A DNA stretch of 63,839 bases, the filler included, from Conidiobolus incongruus B7586 (lineage: Eukaryota), in NCBI GenBank assembly GCA_000697335.1. It is 8 parts of 8 records of this genome, joined end to end, with 100 filler letters (N's around TTAATTAATTAA, not from the genome) between each part and the next. Parts side by side here need not be neighbours in the genome. Positions count along the whole stretch, not along the records: positions 20,835 to 39,531 come from JNEM01006917.1; 7 more parts are not named here. One strand, given 5' to 3'. This document shows, piece by piece, positions 27,062-39,631 of the stretch. The position numbers and the translations under genes were made by a program. The number at the start of each line of letters is the position of its first letter. Position 1 is the stretch's first letter. The notes beneath the pieces were generated by a model that was not told the DNA's origin, ran no database searches, and saw nothing but the letters and a program-made list of their open reading frames with translations.

Positions 27062-28375
27062 TTAATGTTGAAATTAAATAATAACATAATTTTGAAACTA
27101 AAATTAAACAAATAAATTAATAAATAATATATAAAAATTAAAAAAATAATATAAAATTAATAGCCTTTTTTATTATTAATAACTTTTTTCTATATCTTTA
27201 GTAATCTTTTAATACTTAAAAAACAGTCCTTTTTATTAAAAACTAAAAATTAATATTTCACAAACTAATTTAATTTGTTTGCAAGAATTTTTTTCTTGTA
27301 AGTTATTTTTATAATTATCTAAAACAATTATAATCATAAGGTTATAATTAAGTGAATATACTAGATATGGTAATTCTTTTTAATTTTTTTATATAAAAAA
27401 TCTTTTACAGCTTTAACTTCATATATTTTTGTAATTATCATATAAAATAATAAGTATTTTTAATTTATATTAAAAAAATCATTTAGAAATTATTTTATTT
27501 AAAAGGGTAATATATAATTTGTTTTTAATTAATTATCCTTAAGATATTAAATAAGAAAATCATATATATTATAATCCATTACAATAACTAATATCCGCTT
27601 ATATTTAAAATATTTGTTTATTGGAATTTATAGAGGGGATTGATTTGGCTTAACCTAACATCTTGTTTTATTTTTAGGTAAAGGATTATATAAAGAAATT
27701 TAAGATTCATCAATTATAAATATTTATTATAAAAACCTTTATCTTTGGTTATACCTTAATAAGTTTAATTTAGTTATAACTACTATAGTTTTCTTTTAGG
27801 CTTTTGTTAAATAATAAGGTATTGATTTTATATTTTTATTAATTAATCTAAATTTAAACTTAAGTAAATATAACATGCTTTTATAATTAATATTAAATTG
27901 TTTTAATAATTCTTTAACAAAAATAAAAAGGTATTTTTTAATATATTTTTTATTTTATTAGTAAGTTAAAAACTAACAATAGAAATTAATCTTTTAGATT
28001 TTATTAAATTTTGAATAATATCCCTTCTAGCTTTAAAATCACAAATCTAGTAATATATGGTAATTTTAGATAAAATATTATCTCTATAAGCTATTTATAA
28101 GTTTTAAATGATTTTAGAGGGTTTATGGTTAAATTTTGAAAATATAAAAATAAAAGTCTTTTGATAATCATAATCTAATTGAAATATGATTAAATTTAAA
28201 TATAAATTTTAAAATCAGAATATTTTAATTAAAAAAATAAATAAAGTTCAATATATATATAGTTTGAAAATATTTATTTTCCTATATATTTTATATATAA
28301 AAAATCTTTCAAAATATATAATATATTTGAAAAATCAGAAATTAAAAATTTGTTATTTTTTAATCTTCATATTAA
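27062..28375 (-). mobile_element. Full-length degenerate mariner (DD34D), about 1.3 kb
   Basis: Colinear with 43943-45224 over its whole length; TA-flanked TIRs TTAATGTTGAAATTAA / TTAATCTTCATATTAA. Confidence 0.85.
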
Positions 28376-28599
28376 TAGTATGGAAATTAACTAATTGATT
28401 CAAGAATTAAAATAATAATTATATAAAAAGAATACTAAATTAATATAAAACTTGTATCGATAATATTCCATATAAATCAATATATATAAATTATTAATAA
28501 ATTTATTTTATGTCTAAATATTAATAAGCTTTGAGTATTATATATTCAGATTTTTCCATTATGATAAATTATGAATTTTATTCAAAATTTTAAAATATT

Positions 28600-29780
28600 A
28601 GTAAAGAAATAAAAATGATAAATTTTTTAATTTTTAAATTTCCAGAAATATTATTAGTTTAAATAATATTATATATAAAAAATATATATAATTTAATATT
28701 TTCAATCTATATAATAATTATGAGTTTCTTATTTAAATATTATTAAAACCTAACTATAAATTTTATAAAATCATTTGAAATTATAAATAATTAATAAAGA
28801 TTAAAATTTATTTAAATCTACCAATTATTGTTAAATTTGTTATTTTAATACTAATAGGGATATATTTAAAATTTATTAAAATTTAAAAAATTAATTAATA
28901 TTAATATTTTTCCCTTTATATAAAAAATAAACAAAATATTATAAAATAAACTTTTATCTTAGCTAAAAGACTATTAAGATGGCTTAATTTAAAATATACA
29001 AGTAAATTATATATATTATAGTTTAAGTTTGGTATAATTAATAGAATATTTAAAATAAATATTTTATAATTTAAACAGGGTTAAGTGAATAATTAAAGTA
29101 ATTAAAATTCAAAAATAACTATTTATAAATTACTAAATATATAAGAATTATATTAAATCATAATAATTAATAAATTATAAACTTATTTGTATAAATTTAT
29201 AATTAAAAACAAAACTAAATATTAAGTCAAACTAAAATAATCCATTTTATAGATTTTAATAAATAAATATTTTATTTATAAATGAATTTTAATTATTATA
29301 TTATTTTATAATAAAATAAAAATTTTTATTTAATTTTTAATAATAAATCTATTGATAACAAGCTATGTTTTTTTAATAACATTATTTCTAATTATTGATT
29401 TATTATAAATTAAGGATATCTATTATTTTATATAATATTTGCAAAATATATATTCTTAAAGCTATAAATTTTTTATCAAAAATTACAGAAAACTACCACA
29501 TTTAGAAAATGAACTAGATTATAACCCATTTAATTATTATTACTTTGGACAATTAAAAGTTATACTTTTATGAAAAAAAATTCATATAAACAAATTTAGT
29601 TAATTTGTGAAATATTAATTTTCAAACTTTAATAAAAAAACTAATTATTTAATATTAGAAGTTTACCAAATCTATAGCAAAAAATTATTGATAATCAGAA
29701 ATAATATTAATTTTATTTTATTTATTTAATTATGATTTTAAAATTTTTCATTATTTAATTTTTGTAATAAAAATAATTAT
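28600..29780 (+). mobile_element. Heavily degenerate mariner copy in opposite orientation (boundaries approximate)
   Basis: About 29494-29560 reads LPHLENELDYNPFNYYYFGQLK (family HPxYSPDYNPCDYNCFGQLK); the 5' part resembles the reverse complement of 57400-57880. Confidence 0.6.
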
Positions 29781-30386
29781 ATTAAAATCTTTTTTATAAT
29801 TAAAATAAATTCATTAAAAATATTTGGAATAATTTAAATTAAAACTAATAGAATAATTCTATAAAATTTATATTAATTAATTAGTTTTTCTAGCACTGAT
29901 TAACGAGAAAAGATTCAACAATTATTAAGGACAATAAAACTATAGATAGATTAATATATTTTAATAAATTTTATTTATTTTAATATCTTTTTCTATTCAC
30001 CAAATCCAATCGAATAAAATATATAACATGGCTATTTCTTTTATATGCAATTCTTGTTGATATATTCATTGTAATATATCTTTTATTTTTTTTCTTTCAA
30101 TAAATCACTAATTTCATTAACAATTTATTATATTCAATTTTTAATTATATGATATTAAATTTACCAATTTTTTACATAATCATTTACATACAGATAAATG
30201 CATTATTTGCATTAATTTCAAATTTATAAATATAGAAATGAATTTAATTAGCATTAATTGTTTTTAAATCCATATTCTTTCATTTATTAGACTAAAACAA
30301 TATTGCATTTTACAAGGTTAGAATATAAATAAATTATTAAGAAATCTTGTTCAAATGGTTTATTAACTATTCAAAAAATATATATA

Positions 30387-31280
30387 ATGTTATATAAAGA
30401 AATCAAAATCGAATTCAAAATGTTAAAATTTTTACTTATCTTTTTCTTCGCAGGATTAATTATATTTAACTTACTTTACTTTGCAAAGTATAAGAGAGTT
30501 TTGAGTTTGAGTATTCCGAATGATAAGCCTGTTGGAATTAAACAACAAATATGGCAGACTGCTCCTGCTAAAGTTGATAAGAAGATTCATAAACTTATGA
30601 ATATGTGGAAAAACGTCCCCGGTTGGAAATATAATTTCATGAATGACGATCAAGTTAAGCAGCATTTGGTTGAGCACTATCCTCAGATCGATTTTGATAA
30701 GGTATTCGAACAGAGAGCCATTCTCGCTTATGATCTCTTTCGTTACTCCATCATCTATCACGAAGGTGGACTTTATGCTGACTCGGATATTGAAATCGCT
30801 TCAGAATTCCATGACTCCATGAATCGCTTGAAAGAATGTGGTGTCATTGTTGGTATTGAAGGGGATGTGAGAGATCGTGGTAACTGGTACCTTGGAAGAT
30901 TACCAAGAACCCTTCAGCTTTGTCAATGGTCATTTTATGCAGCGCCCAAGCATCCTGTGATGAAACTTGCAGTTGATAGAGTAGTAAGGCAAATTGATTA
31001 CTATCTCGCGCGAGGTAAGAATCTCCACGACCAGGATGTTATGGAAGTATCAGGGCCAGGTATTTGGTCAGATTCCATAAGAGATTATGTCTCTGTTACC
31101 ACTGGCATCGATATTGTTGAATATATGAAATGTGGGAAGTCTTATAAATTTAATGATGTCTGTATCCTAAATGTCAAGGGATACGCACTTACTATGCCTC
31201 ACTCATGTGGAAATGAAACTGACTCCGACACCTTTATTATTGACCTTCATCATTTCTTGGGATCTTGGAAGCACGATTAA
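30387..31280 (+). CDS. GT32 mannosyltransferase, copy 2
   Basis: QIWQT, GGLYADSD, SGPGIWSD, HHFLGSWKHD; possible start at the second Met (30420). Confidence 0.9.
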   Translation: MLYKEIKIEFKMLKFLLIFFFAGLIIFNLLYFAKYKRVLSLSIPNDKPVGIKQQIWQTAPAKVDKKIHKLMNMWKNVPGWKYNFMNDDQVKQHLVEHYPQIDFDKVFEQRAILAYDLFRYSIIYHEGGLYADSDIEIASEFHDSMNRLKECGVIVGIEGDVRDRGNWYLGRLPRTLQLCQWSFYAAPKHPVMKLAVDRVVRQIDYYLARGKNLHDQDVMEVSGPGIWSDSIRDYVSVTTGIDIVEYMKCGKSYKFNDVCILNVKGYALTMPHSCGNETDSDTFIIDLHHFLGSWKHD

Positions 31281-33535
31281 TTCATTGTGATTATTTGTTT
31301 TATTGAATGGTATTTTAATTAGTTGAACTCACATTGATATTATACAAATACACTATAAAAACTAAAATAAATAATTCAAATAATAAACTCTCAATATTAA
31401 ATAATTTAATTCAAAATTATGAATATATAAAAATGAAAAATAACTACTGGATATTAAAAAGAATTTTATTTTATATCCAAATACCATATGCTTAATAAAA
31501 AATCCATTTATTAATAATATATAATTTAATATTATTAAATATCTGATTATTTCTTTGAAAAATAATCAAATTAAGAAATGAAAATAATATTTCCATAGTT
31601 TTGAAAATAAATATATTCTTTAAATAATATCGGTATGATATGGAAAAAGAATAGAGAAATTGATAGTCTTCGCTTTATAGCCAAATTATTTTGTTTTGAT
31701 CTTATTATTTATAAGTTTTAAAGATAACTTGATAAATATTTATTCAGAATAAGAAAATACCGTCAACTTTTTATTTATTCTGACTATCCCCTATTCATTA
31801 ATACTAAAGCATTAACCAAATAATGTAATAAATGAAAATCTGTTAATTTTTGATATAATAATTTACATTGAATATTCTAAGAATTGTTTTTAGTGTCATG
31901 ATAAAGCTTTAATGAATTTCAAAAATATATATTGTAGTATTTATAATTAATATATTACATTCTTGTAGTTGATTTGAATTATATAATATCTTCACAGTTT
32001 ATATTTAAATCCCAATATTTATTTGAAAACAGTCATAAAAGAGATAACCAATATAATAATTTTAAAAATATATTAATATAAAATACAAATACTTGGTTTA
32101 TATAAAAATTAAAATCATTAGCTTCAGATAAAATTTCAAATAAATGTAATAGAAAATTTTAACATGTTGCTTTTCAAATAATATATATTATTCACTACCT
32201 TAATAAACATTCAAAAATATTAACCATAATAGGTTATATAATAAAAATCACTTTAATAAAATGGTTTAAAACTAAAATATAGATTTATAAAGTTGAATTA
32301 AGCATTTAGATAAGTTCTATCTATATTTAATTGAAATTGGAATTAAATTTATAATACTATATCACTAAACTGGGTCAATTTAAAAATATTGAGGAATATT
32401 ATTGAAAAACTATTTAAAATAATATTTCATAAATAGTATAATTATAATTTAAAATAGTTATTTTATAAATTTATTATTAATGATCTAATTTTGAGCAAAT
32501 TTAACATTTAATAACTTGGAGTGTTTCAAATTAACTTGAGCAAAATGTTTTTTCAAATTCAAATTATTGCCCAGTAATTTTTAATAGTACTGTTCTATTA
32601 TAAATTGATCAATTAATTCAAATCAAAATGGGTAAACTAGAGAACTAATTTTTATCAATGTAAAATCAATTTTGAAACCTGGTAATTAATATTAATGTAA
32701 ATTGTATTGTAAATTTGTAGAATGTTTATAATCATCTTCAATTAGAGTATCAGTAATTCTTTTCATATTGTATATTTGATATTAAGATACTCTTTCTATT
32801 TGATGAAAATAAAATCAAAATCAAAATCAGGATACTATATATATTTGATATCAAGTAAACGATTTAATTTAAATAGTTATATAAGTTATATCGAAATCAA
32901 AGTTAAAATGGTAAAGATACCCCTTTTTTCTTGTTCAATAGGTATAAAGAAGAATTTATATATTATTATATTGATACCACAAAAATCACTTTGAATAATC
33001 AAGTTTTATAAAGGATACTTCGTTATTTATTTCTACTTAGTATAATAAAATATTATAGAAAATAAAACATTTCTATATATCAAATTGTAAATAACTAAAG
33101 ATAATAAACTAGAAATCAAATAAAATTGAATAAAATATGAATTTAAGAGATAAAACAAGAAACACAAAATTGATGAATTTTTTACAAACTGAATGATCTA
33201 TTACCAACAAATGGTGATCAAACTATACAATCATCAAAATTCAAAATATATTATTGTAATGAACCAGTGAAAATGATTTTAATTAATCATGTTAATATAT
33301 GACAAGTGATTAAATTAAATAATAATAATTTAACAATTTTTTACTAATTTATTGAAATTGATTTTTCCATAAAAATAAATGAATAGCCATAAGATTTCTT
33401 AATCTACCAAATATATATAAAATTAATAAAGCATTATAATATATAGAGGTTAGTTCAAATTGATACTGATTAGTATTAGATTCAATTATGATAAAAATAG
33501 CTAAGGAAATATAAATTATATATATTACAATTAAA

Positions 33536-34396
33536 ATGGACAAGAAAATATTAAAATTATTAGTATTCTTCTTCTTTTCAGGATTACTAATATTTAACGT
33601 GATATTTTATTCAAAACATAAAAGAGCGTTCTATTTCAATTTACCAAATGATGACCAAAATGAGTTGACCAAAATCATATGGCAATCAGAGCAATTTGGG
33701 ATACGGAATGAGACTGCAGTTCTAATGAATAAGTGGAAGGACCTTCCAGGTTGGAAGTACCATTTCGTGAATAGAGATCAGGTTAAAAAGCACTTGATTC
33801 AGCATTATCCAAATATTGATTTCGATAAAGTTATGGAGCAAAAACCTATTGTTGCTTATGACCTATTCAGATATTCAATTATCTATGACGAGGGAGGCCT
33901 ATATGTTGACTCAGATGTCGAAATAACTCCAGAATTCCATGATTCAATGCGACGGTTGAGCCATTGCAATGTCATAGTAGGACTAGAAGCAGATGTGAGG
34001 AATCGTGGTGACTGGTACCTAAAAGTGTTATCCAGAAGATTACAGATTTGTCAATGGTCTTTTTATGCAGCTTCTAAACATCCTTTAATGAAATTTGTAG
34101 TTAACAGCGTAGTAAGGAAGATAGACTTCTATTTAGCCCAAAATAAGAGTCTCCACGACCAAGATGATATCGAAGTTTCGGGGCGAGGTATTTGGACCGA
34201 TGCTATAAAAGATTATATCTCTATAACAACTGGTATTGATATTAACAAACAGATGGAATGTGGAAGATCTTACAAATATAACGATGTGTGTATTCTCAAT
34301 GTCAAAGGGTTTGCTTTTAATATGCCGCTCTCATGTGGTAAAGAAAAGGATGATGATACTTTTATAGTCAATATTAATACCTTTTTGAACTCTTGA
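33536..34396 (+). CDS. GT32 mannosyltransferase, copy 3 (conserved motifs eroded; possibly pseudogenising)
   Basis: DxD kept (YVDSD), but SGPG->SGRG and HHFLGSWK->NTFLNS*; the Trp TGG is TGA, followed by AAG TGT CGT TAA at the ancestral stop position. Confidence 0.8.
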   Translation: MDKKILKLLVFFFFSGLLIFNVIFYSKHKRAFYFNLPNDDQNELTKIIWQSEQFGIRNETAVLMNKWKDLPGWKYHFVNRDQVKKHLIQHYPNIDFDKVMEQKPIVAYDLFRYSIIYDEGGLYVDSDVEITPEFHDSMRRLSHCNVIVGLEADVRNRGDWYLKVLSRRLQICQWSFYAASKHPLMKFVVNSVVRKIDFYLAQNKSLHDQDDIEVSGRGIWTDAIKDYISITTGIDINKQMECGRSYKYNDVCILNVKGFAFNMPLSCGKEKDDDTFIVNINTFLNS

Positions 34397-36152
34397 AAGT
34401 GTCGTTAATAATTGATTGTCATAATAAATAACTAAATTAATATAACATTTGGTCTAGCAATTTGGAAATTTAATATTTGATTTTATACATAATTATTGGC
34501 ATTATTTTGAGTAGCAAGGTGATTAAACAAGTTCCATTATAGTTCATCAAATATTTCGACTGACTATTACAAGACCTCTAGTTTGCTTAATCTTTTTGAT
34601 TGAAACAGTTTCAATAGTTTCATTCATAATAAATAATTTTAATAGAAACTATGATCTTTAATCTTAATAATATTATATTGTATATTGGAAAAAATCTTGA
34701 CCTTTATACATCCCATAAAAATCTATTTTTATCATGAAATTGACAATACATATTTCGAACAAGACTGCCTAAGATGCTTATAAACCCTATTGATTCATTT
34801 AACTTTTATAATGTTTTATTAAGATATTCATTGGTTTTATATACTGCTCTCTATATACTCAATATACCTTCTCAAAGATATTCAAGACCAATCAAACTCC
34901 CATCAAAATTATAATTGAAATTTATATCTTAGTTAAATTATTAATTCAAAGTGTTCTACTCCTTTTGCTACTATTAATTAATAATTATTTAACCTTCCTC
35001 AATATAATAAATTAAATTAAATATCGAATAAACCTCTAAAGCATTCAATTCTAATAGTATCCTAGCTCGGATATATGACCATCAAATATCATCATAAAAT
35101 TAAAATAAAACTCGATATCAAAATTTTCAAATGTAAAAATTGCTTTGCGCTTAATATTGTGATTCATATCAATGATCATATTTAATTACCAAATTTCAAT
35201 ATATGAGTTTAATATTATTCGAATATATTAATGATACAAATATATTATAATAATGTTAAAGGTTAATATATCAATTATCGAAATAAACTATAGTACCTTA
35301 TTTTGATAATTTCATCATGAATTTGAATCAATTGAAAATTCTTTATCACAATATTATAAAATAAAATATAATATTGAAATAATTTTTCAATATAAACAAT
35401 TTGAAAGATAAATTTTGAAAATATAACATTTATTGAAATAAGATTATATCCAGATAATAGTCAAAAATGACGAAAGCAGAATTTATTATTTTTTTTAGCT
35501 TTTAAGTGTATAAATAGCTTATACATATATTAAATAAGGAAAATTTCTGATTTGTATCTCATAATAAAGATATTTATAAATATTCTTCTTGATCGATAAA
35601 AAAATACACTATTCATCATCCGCACTCAAATATATTCAAAAATTGGATTAAATTGATTATAATATTTATCTATATTCGAAATTATGAAACAATAAATTAA
35701 TAAAATATTTTCAAAAGAATTAAGCAGATACCAAAATTTGAGGGATGAAACAAAGGTATAAAGTTTTTTATTATTTCAATATCAATTAATATTAGAATTT
35801 GGATTAATTATATTCATTTCTAACTATTTATATAATTCTTTAATTGAATTATTTTAATTTAACTATAGAAATCATTATCATTTATTTTCAATTACACACC
35901 AAAATTGCTTTAAATTGATTTTATCAAATTTAATAAACTGATTAATGATCCCTATCATATTAATTTGGTTTAAAAATACTGGGGCTCTCAAATCAGTCTT
36001 TTAATTATATCTTTATTGTAAAAAACTAATTTAAATGGAACAAAAATTTACAAAATTAATATGATTTTAATATATAAGTGAGCTTATGTAATATTCATCA
36101 AAATTTGATTAATCACATAAGATTTTTTTATTGTAAAAAGACTCTAATTACA

Positions 36153-37037
36153 ATGTACAGATATATGGAATCTAGAAAGCTGATATTTTTGTTGATATTT
36201 TTATTCTCTGTATTGATTACATTTAATCTTCTGTACTATGCCAAACACAAGAGAATGCTCAGTTCAAATATTCCAAAGGATGAAAATATTCAAATTACAA
36301 AGCAAATATGGCAGACTGCTCCCTCTAAAGTCGAGAGGAAGATTCATGTTCTAATGAATATGTGGAAAGACGTTCCCGGATGGAAGTACAATTTCATGAA
36401 TGATGATCAAGTTCAGAGGCACTTGGTTGAATATTATCCAAGTATTGATTTCGATAAAGTTATGGAGCAAAGGACCATTTTTGCTTATGACCTGTTCAGA
36501 TATTCCATTATCTATAACGAGGGAGGCTTATATGCTGACTCAGATGTTGAAATTGCATCAGAATTCTTGGATTCAATGCAACGTCTGAGCCAGTGCAATG
36601 TCATAGTAGGAATAGAAGCAGATGTGAGGGACCGTGGTGATTGGTATGTAGGCAAACTGCCTAGAAGTTTACAGATTTGTCAATGGTCATTTTATGCTGC
36701 GCCTAAGCATCCTTTAGTGAAACTCGCAGTTGACAGAGTAGTAAGGAACCTTGACTTCTATATATCCAGAAACCAAAATCTTCACGATCAGGATGTTATG
36801 GAAGTTTCAGGTCCCGGTATATGGACAGATACCGTAAGAGACTATATTTCAGTGACGACTGGAATTGATATTAATGATTACATGAAATGTGGTAAGTCTT
36901 ATAAATTCAACGATGTCTGTATCCTCAACGTCAAGGGCTACGCATTTACTATGCCTCACTCATGTGGAAATGAAACTGACTCCGACACCTTTATTATTAA
37001 CCTTCATCATTTCTTGGGATCTTGGAAGCACGATTAA
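36153..37037 (+). CDS. GT32 mannosyltransferase, copy 4
   Basis: First ATG 36153 (or 36165); the GTG start in the ORF track is unlikely. GGLYADSD, SGPGIWTD, HHFLGSWKHD. Confidence 0.9.
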   Translation: MYRYMESRKLIFLLIFLFSVLITFNLLYYAKHKRMLSSNIPKDENIQITKQIWQTAPSKVERKIHVLMNMWKDVPGWKYNFMNDDQVQRHLVEYYPSIDFDKVMEQRTIFAYDLFRYSIIYNEGGLYADSDVEIASEFLDSMQRLSQCNVIVGIEADVRDRGDWYVGKLPRSLQICQWSFYAAPKHPLVKLAVDRVVRNLDFYISRNQNLHDQDVMEVSGPGIWTDTVRDYISVTTGIDINDYMKCGKSYKFNDVCILNVKGYAFTMPHSCGNETDSDTFIINLHHFLGSWKHD

Positions 37038-39129
37038 TAACTTATTTCTTTCGAAATATTTGCATAAAAACCCTTAGAATTATTCCAAGTAATTTTATTA
37101 ATAAAAGTAAGATAAAGATTTAAAATAAAATTAATCAATATATATATTAATATTTATCAAATCAATTGACTTATTGTATATTATTAAAATCAATTTAATT
37201 TGATTGTTCAATAATATTGAATCAATCCTTATCACATTTTGTAATAACACAATTATTAAATTAAAAGTTTGAAATTAATATATCTAAATTTTTAATTTTA
37301 TACATTAAAATATTGATATATTTTGTGCTAATCATAAATTTGATCAACTAATTATGATATTACTATATACTATAAAAAATAGTCTATTTATTCAGGTTAT
37401 TTCAAAAGTTGGTATTTTCAAAATTGGAAACACATTATTAATTAGTAAAAATGTTTAATTAATTAAACTGACATGATAAAAGCCATTTAAATAAAATTTT
37501 TAATAATCGTATTAATTTTCATTATTTTCGCAATAGCAAGGTTTTAAAAATTGTGTTAATTAATTGAATATAATACTATGGATTATAATTTCATCAATAT
37601 ATAATTACTCAATATTAATTTGAATTATTTTCAAATTTGAAAAATTCTCAAAATTTCTTGGTAACAAATATTATTTAAATATTTCAAGGAATTAATATAT
37701 AATAAAATAATTATATATATATTATACAAGATATAATGGCAAATTTATATTATTGTTAATATTCAATAAGATCTTTTTCAGGTGTTTGAACAAAATGAAA
37801 TAGTGGACTTTAGACGCATTCAAATTATAAGACAACCAAATTGAAATATGTTTACAATAACAACCTAAACTTGTTTTTGGAAATTTTTGATATTGTAAAT
37901 AATTTATGGAATAATATTTTTATCAACACTCATATTTTAAATATATCCATGATTTTTTTAAAATAAACTGACAAATGAAAATATAAATGTTATTTAAAAA
38001 TAATCCAAAAACATCGACTTTATATAAGTTTAATAATTGTGGACAAATTTAAATAATATTTAACAATTATTAGATAATTTTTTAAATATATATTATTCTT
38101 ATTATATATTCTTGTTGCAATTATATTTTTATAAAATAATAATAATATTGTTCAAGTCAACTTTATGATACTTTATTATTAAATATATTAATGGATTTAT
38201 ATTTCATTTATAAATCTATTTTTGAAATAAGCTAGATACAAATGATATTTTGAAATATGATAAAAATAAATTATATCCTAGAAATTCAATTATATATTTA
38301 AACTTGTTGCAAACTTACTTTATCAATATTAATTAATTCACTATTATATATTTCCATAGCTGTACTTTCATTGAATCCTGTCTCAATACAAAATATAGCT
38401 TTAACTAATTGAATTTCAGAATAATGTTAAAATATTCCATTTGACTCATATTAGTTTAAATTAAAAACATATTTGTTTGTTGCAAATTAAAAAAATTATG
38501 ACGGGATAAATATAAGATGATAGGTACCACAATAGATTTTTAGGAGATTAAAATCGAAAATTCAAAATAATATTTTGACCTATAGATTATCTTCTAAGTA
38601 TATAAGATAATTTCCATTAAACTAACTTTTGGGTTTAAAAAACTAAATTATTATATTAAATACCTATCTACTATCAATATATAGGAAATAATCTATAATT
38701 TACCTTCAATTTTAACTGAATATGGCAAACTGATACATATTCACTATTTTTAAATACTATTAAGTGTTAAATCGATCTTAGATTATCCTTAAGGCTTTGG
38801 GTATGATAATAAATAACAGATATATTAAGGTCATTTAAATTAATATATAAATGATATTTCTGTTTGAAAATCAATTTTATTAATATTTTCAATTTATTTA
38901 AATAAATGTTGAAAAATTAATATTAGGTATATAATTGTAAATACCGAGAACTTATTTTCTAATACTAAGTTTATCTAGAAAGTTTTGCCCTAGTTGCAGA
39001 ATGCAAATAGAAAAAAGAAAATATAAATCATCAACTTTGATATTTTAAAGACTGTTTAATAACTTTTGACTATGCAAATAAAATTTAATGGAATTCGGAA
39101 ATTCTAATATTATTAATATATAAGTTAAA

Positions 39130-39531
39130 TAATTAAATAATTTTAAAGTTTTAAATAAATAAAATTATTAGCATAAAATTTATAAAATTTAATATCAAAT
39201 ATAAATTTAATATTTTTTTTACTATTAATAGTTTTTTGCCATATTATTGATAAGCTTGTGATAATAAAACAACTATTGTTTTTATTAAGGATTGAAATTT
39301 ATTATTTTTAAATTAAATTAATATGTTTATAAGAATCTTTTTTCTTATAAGCATATTTTTTAATTTTCTAAAATAATTATAATAATATATATATTAATCC
39401 AGAAAATATATTAAATATAATGGTTTTTTTTATTGTTTTAATTCAAAAATCTTTTAAAATTATAATTTTATATATTTTGTAATTATTATATAAAATAATA
39501 AATTTTTTTAATTTAATATAAATATCAATTA
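39130..39531 (-). mobile_element. Partial degenerate mariner (transposase C-terminal end), truncated by a gap
   Basis: Aligns by eye with about 43990-44360 and 27100-27470. Confidence 0.65.
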
Positions 39532-39631
39532 NNNNNNNNNNNNNNNNNNNNNNNNNNNNNNNNNNNNNNNNNNNNTTAATTAATTAANNNNNNNNNNNNN
39601 NNNNNNNNNNNNNNNNNNNNNNNNNNNNNNN

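Noticed and set aside
32776..33543. ORFs 32776-32994 and 33349-33543 (also 48752-48997)
   Set aside because: Low-complexity AT-rich chance ORFs; the last overlaps the LTR-like element.
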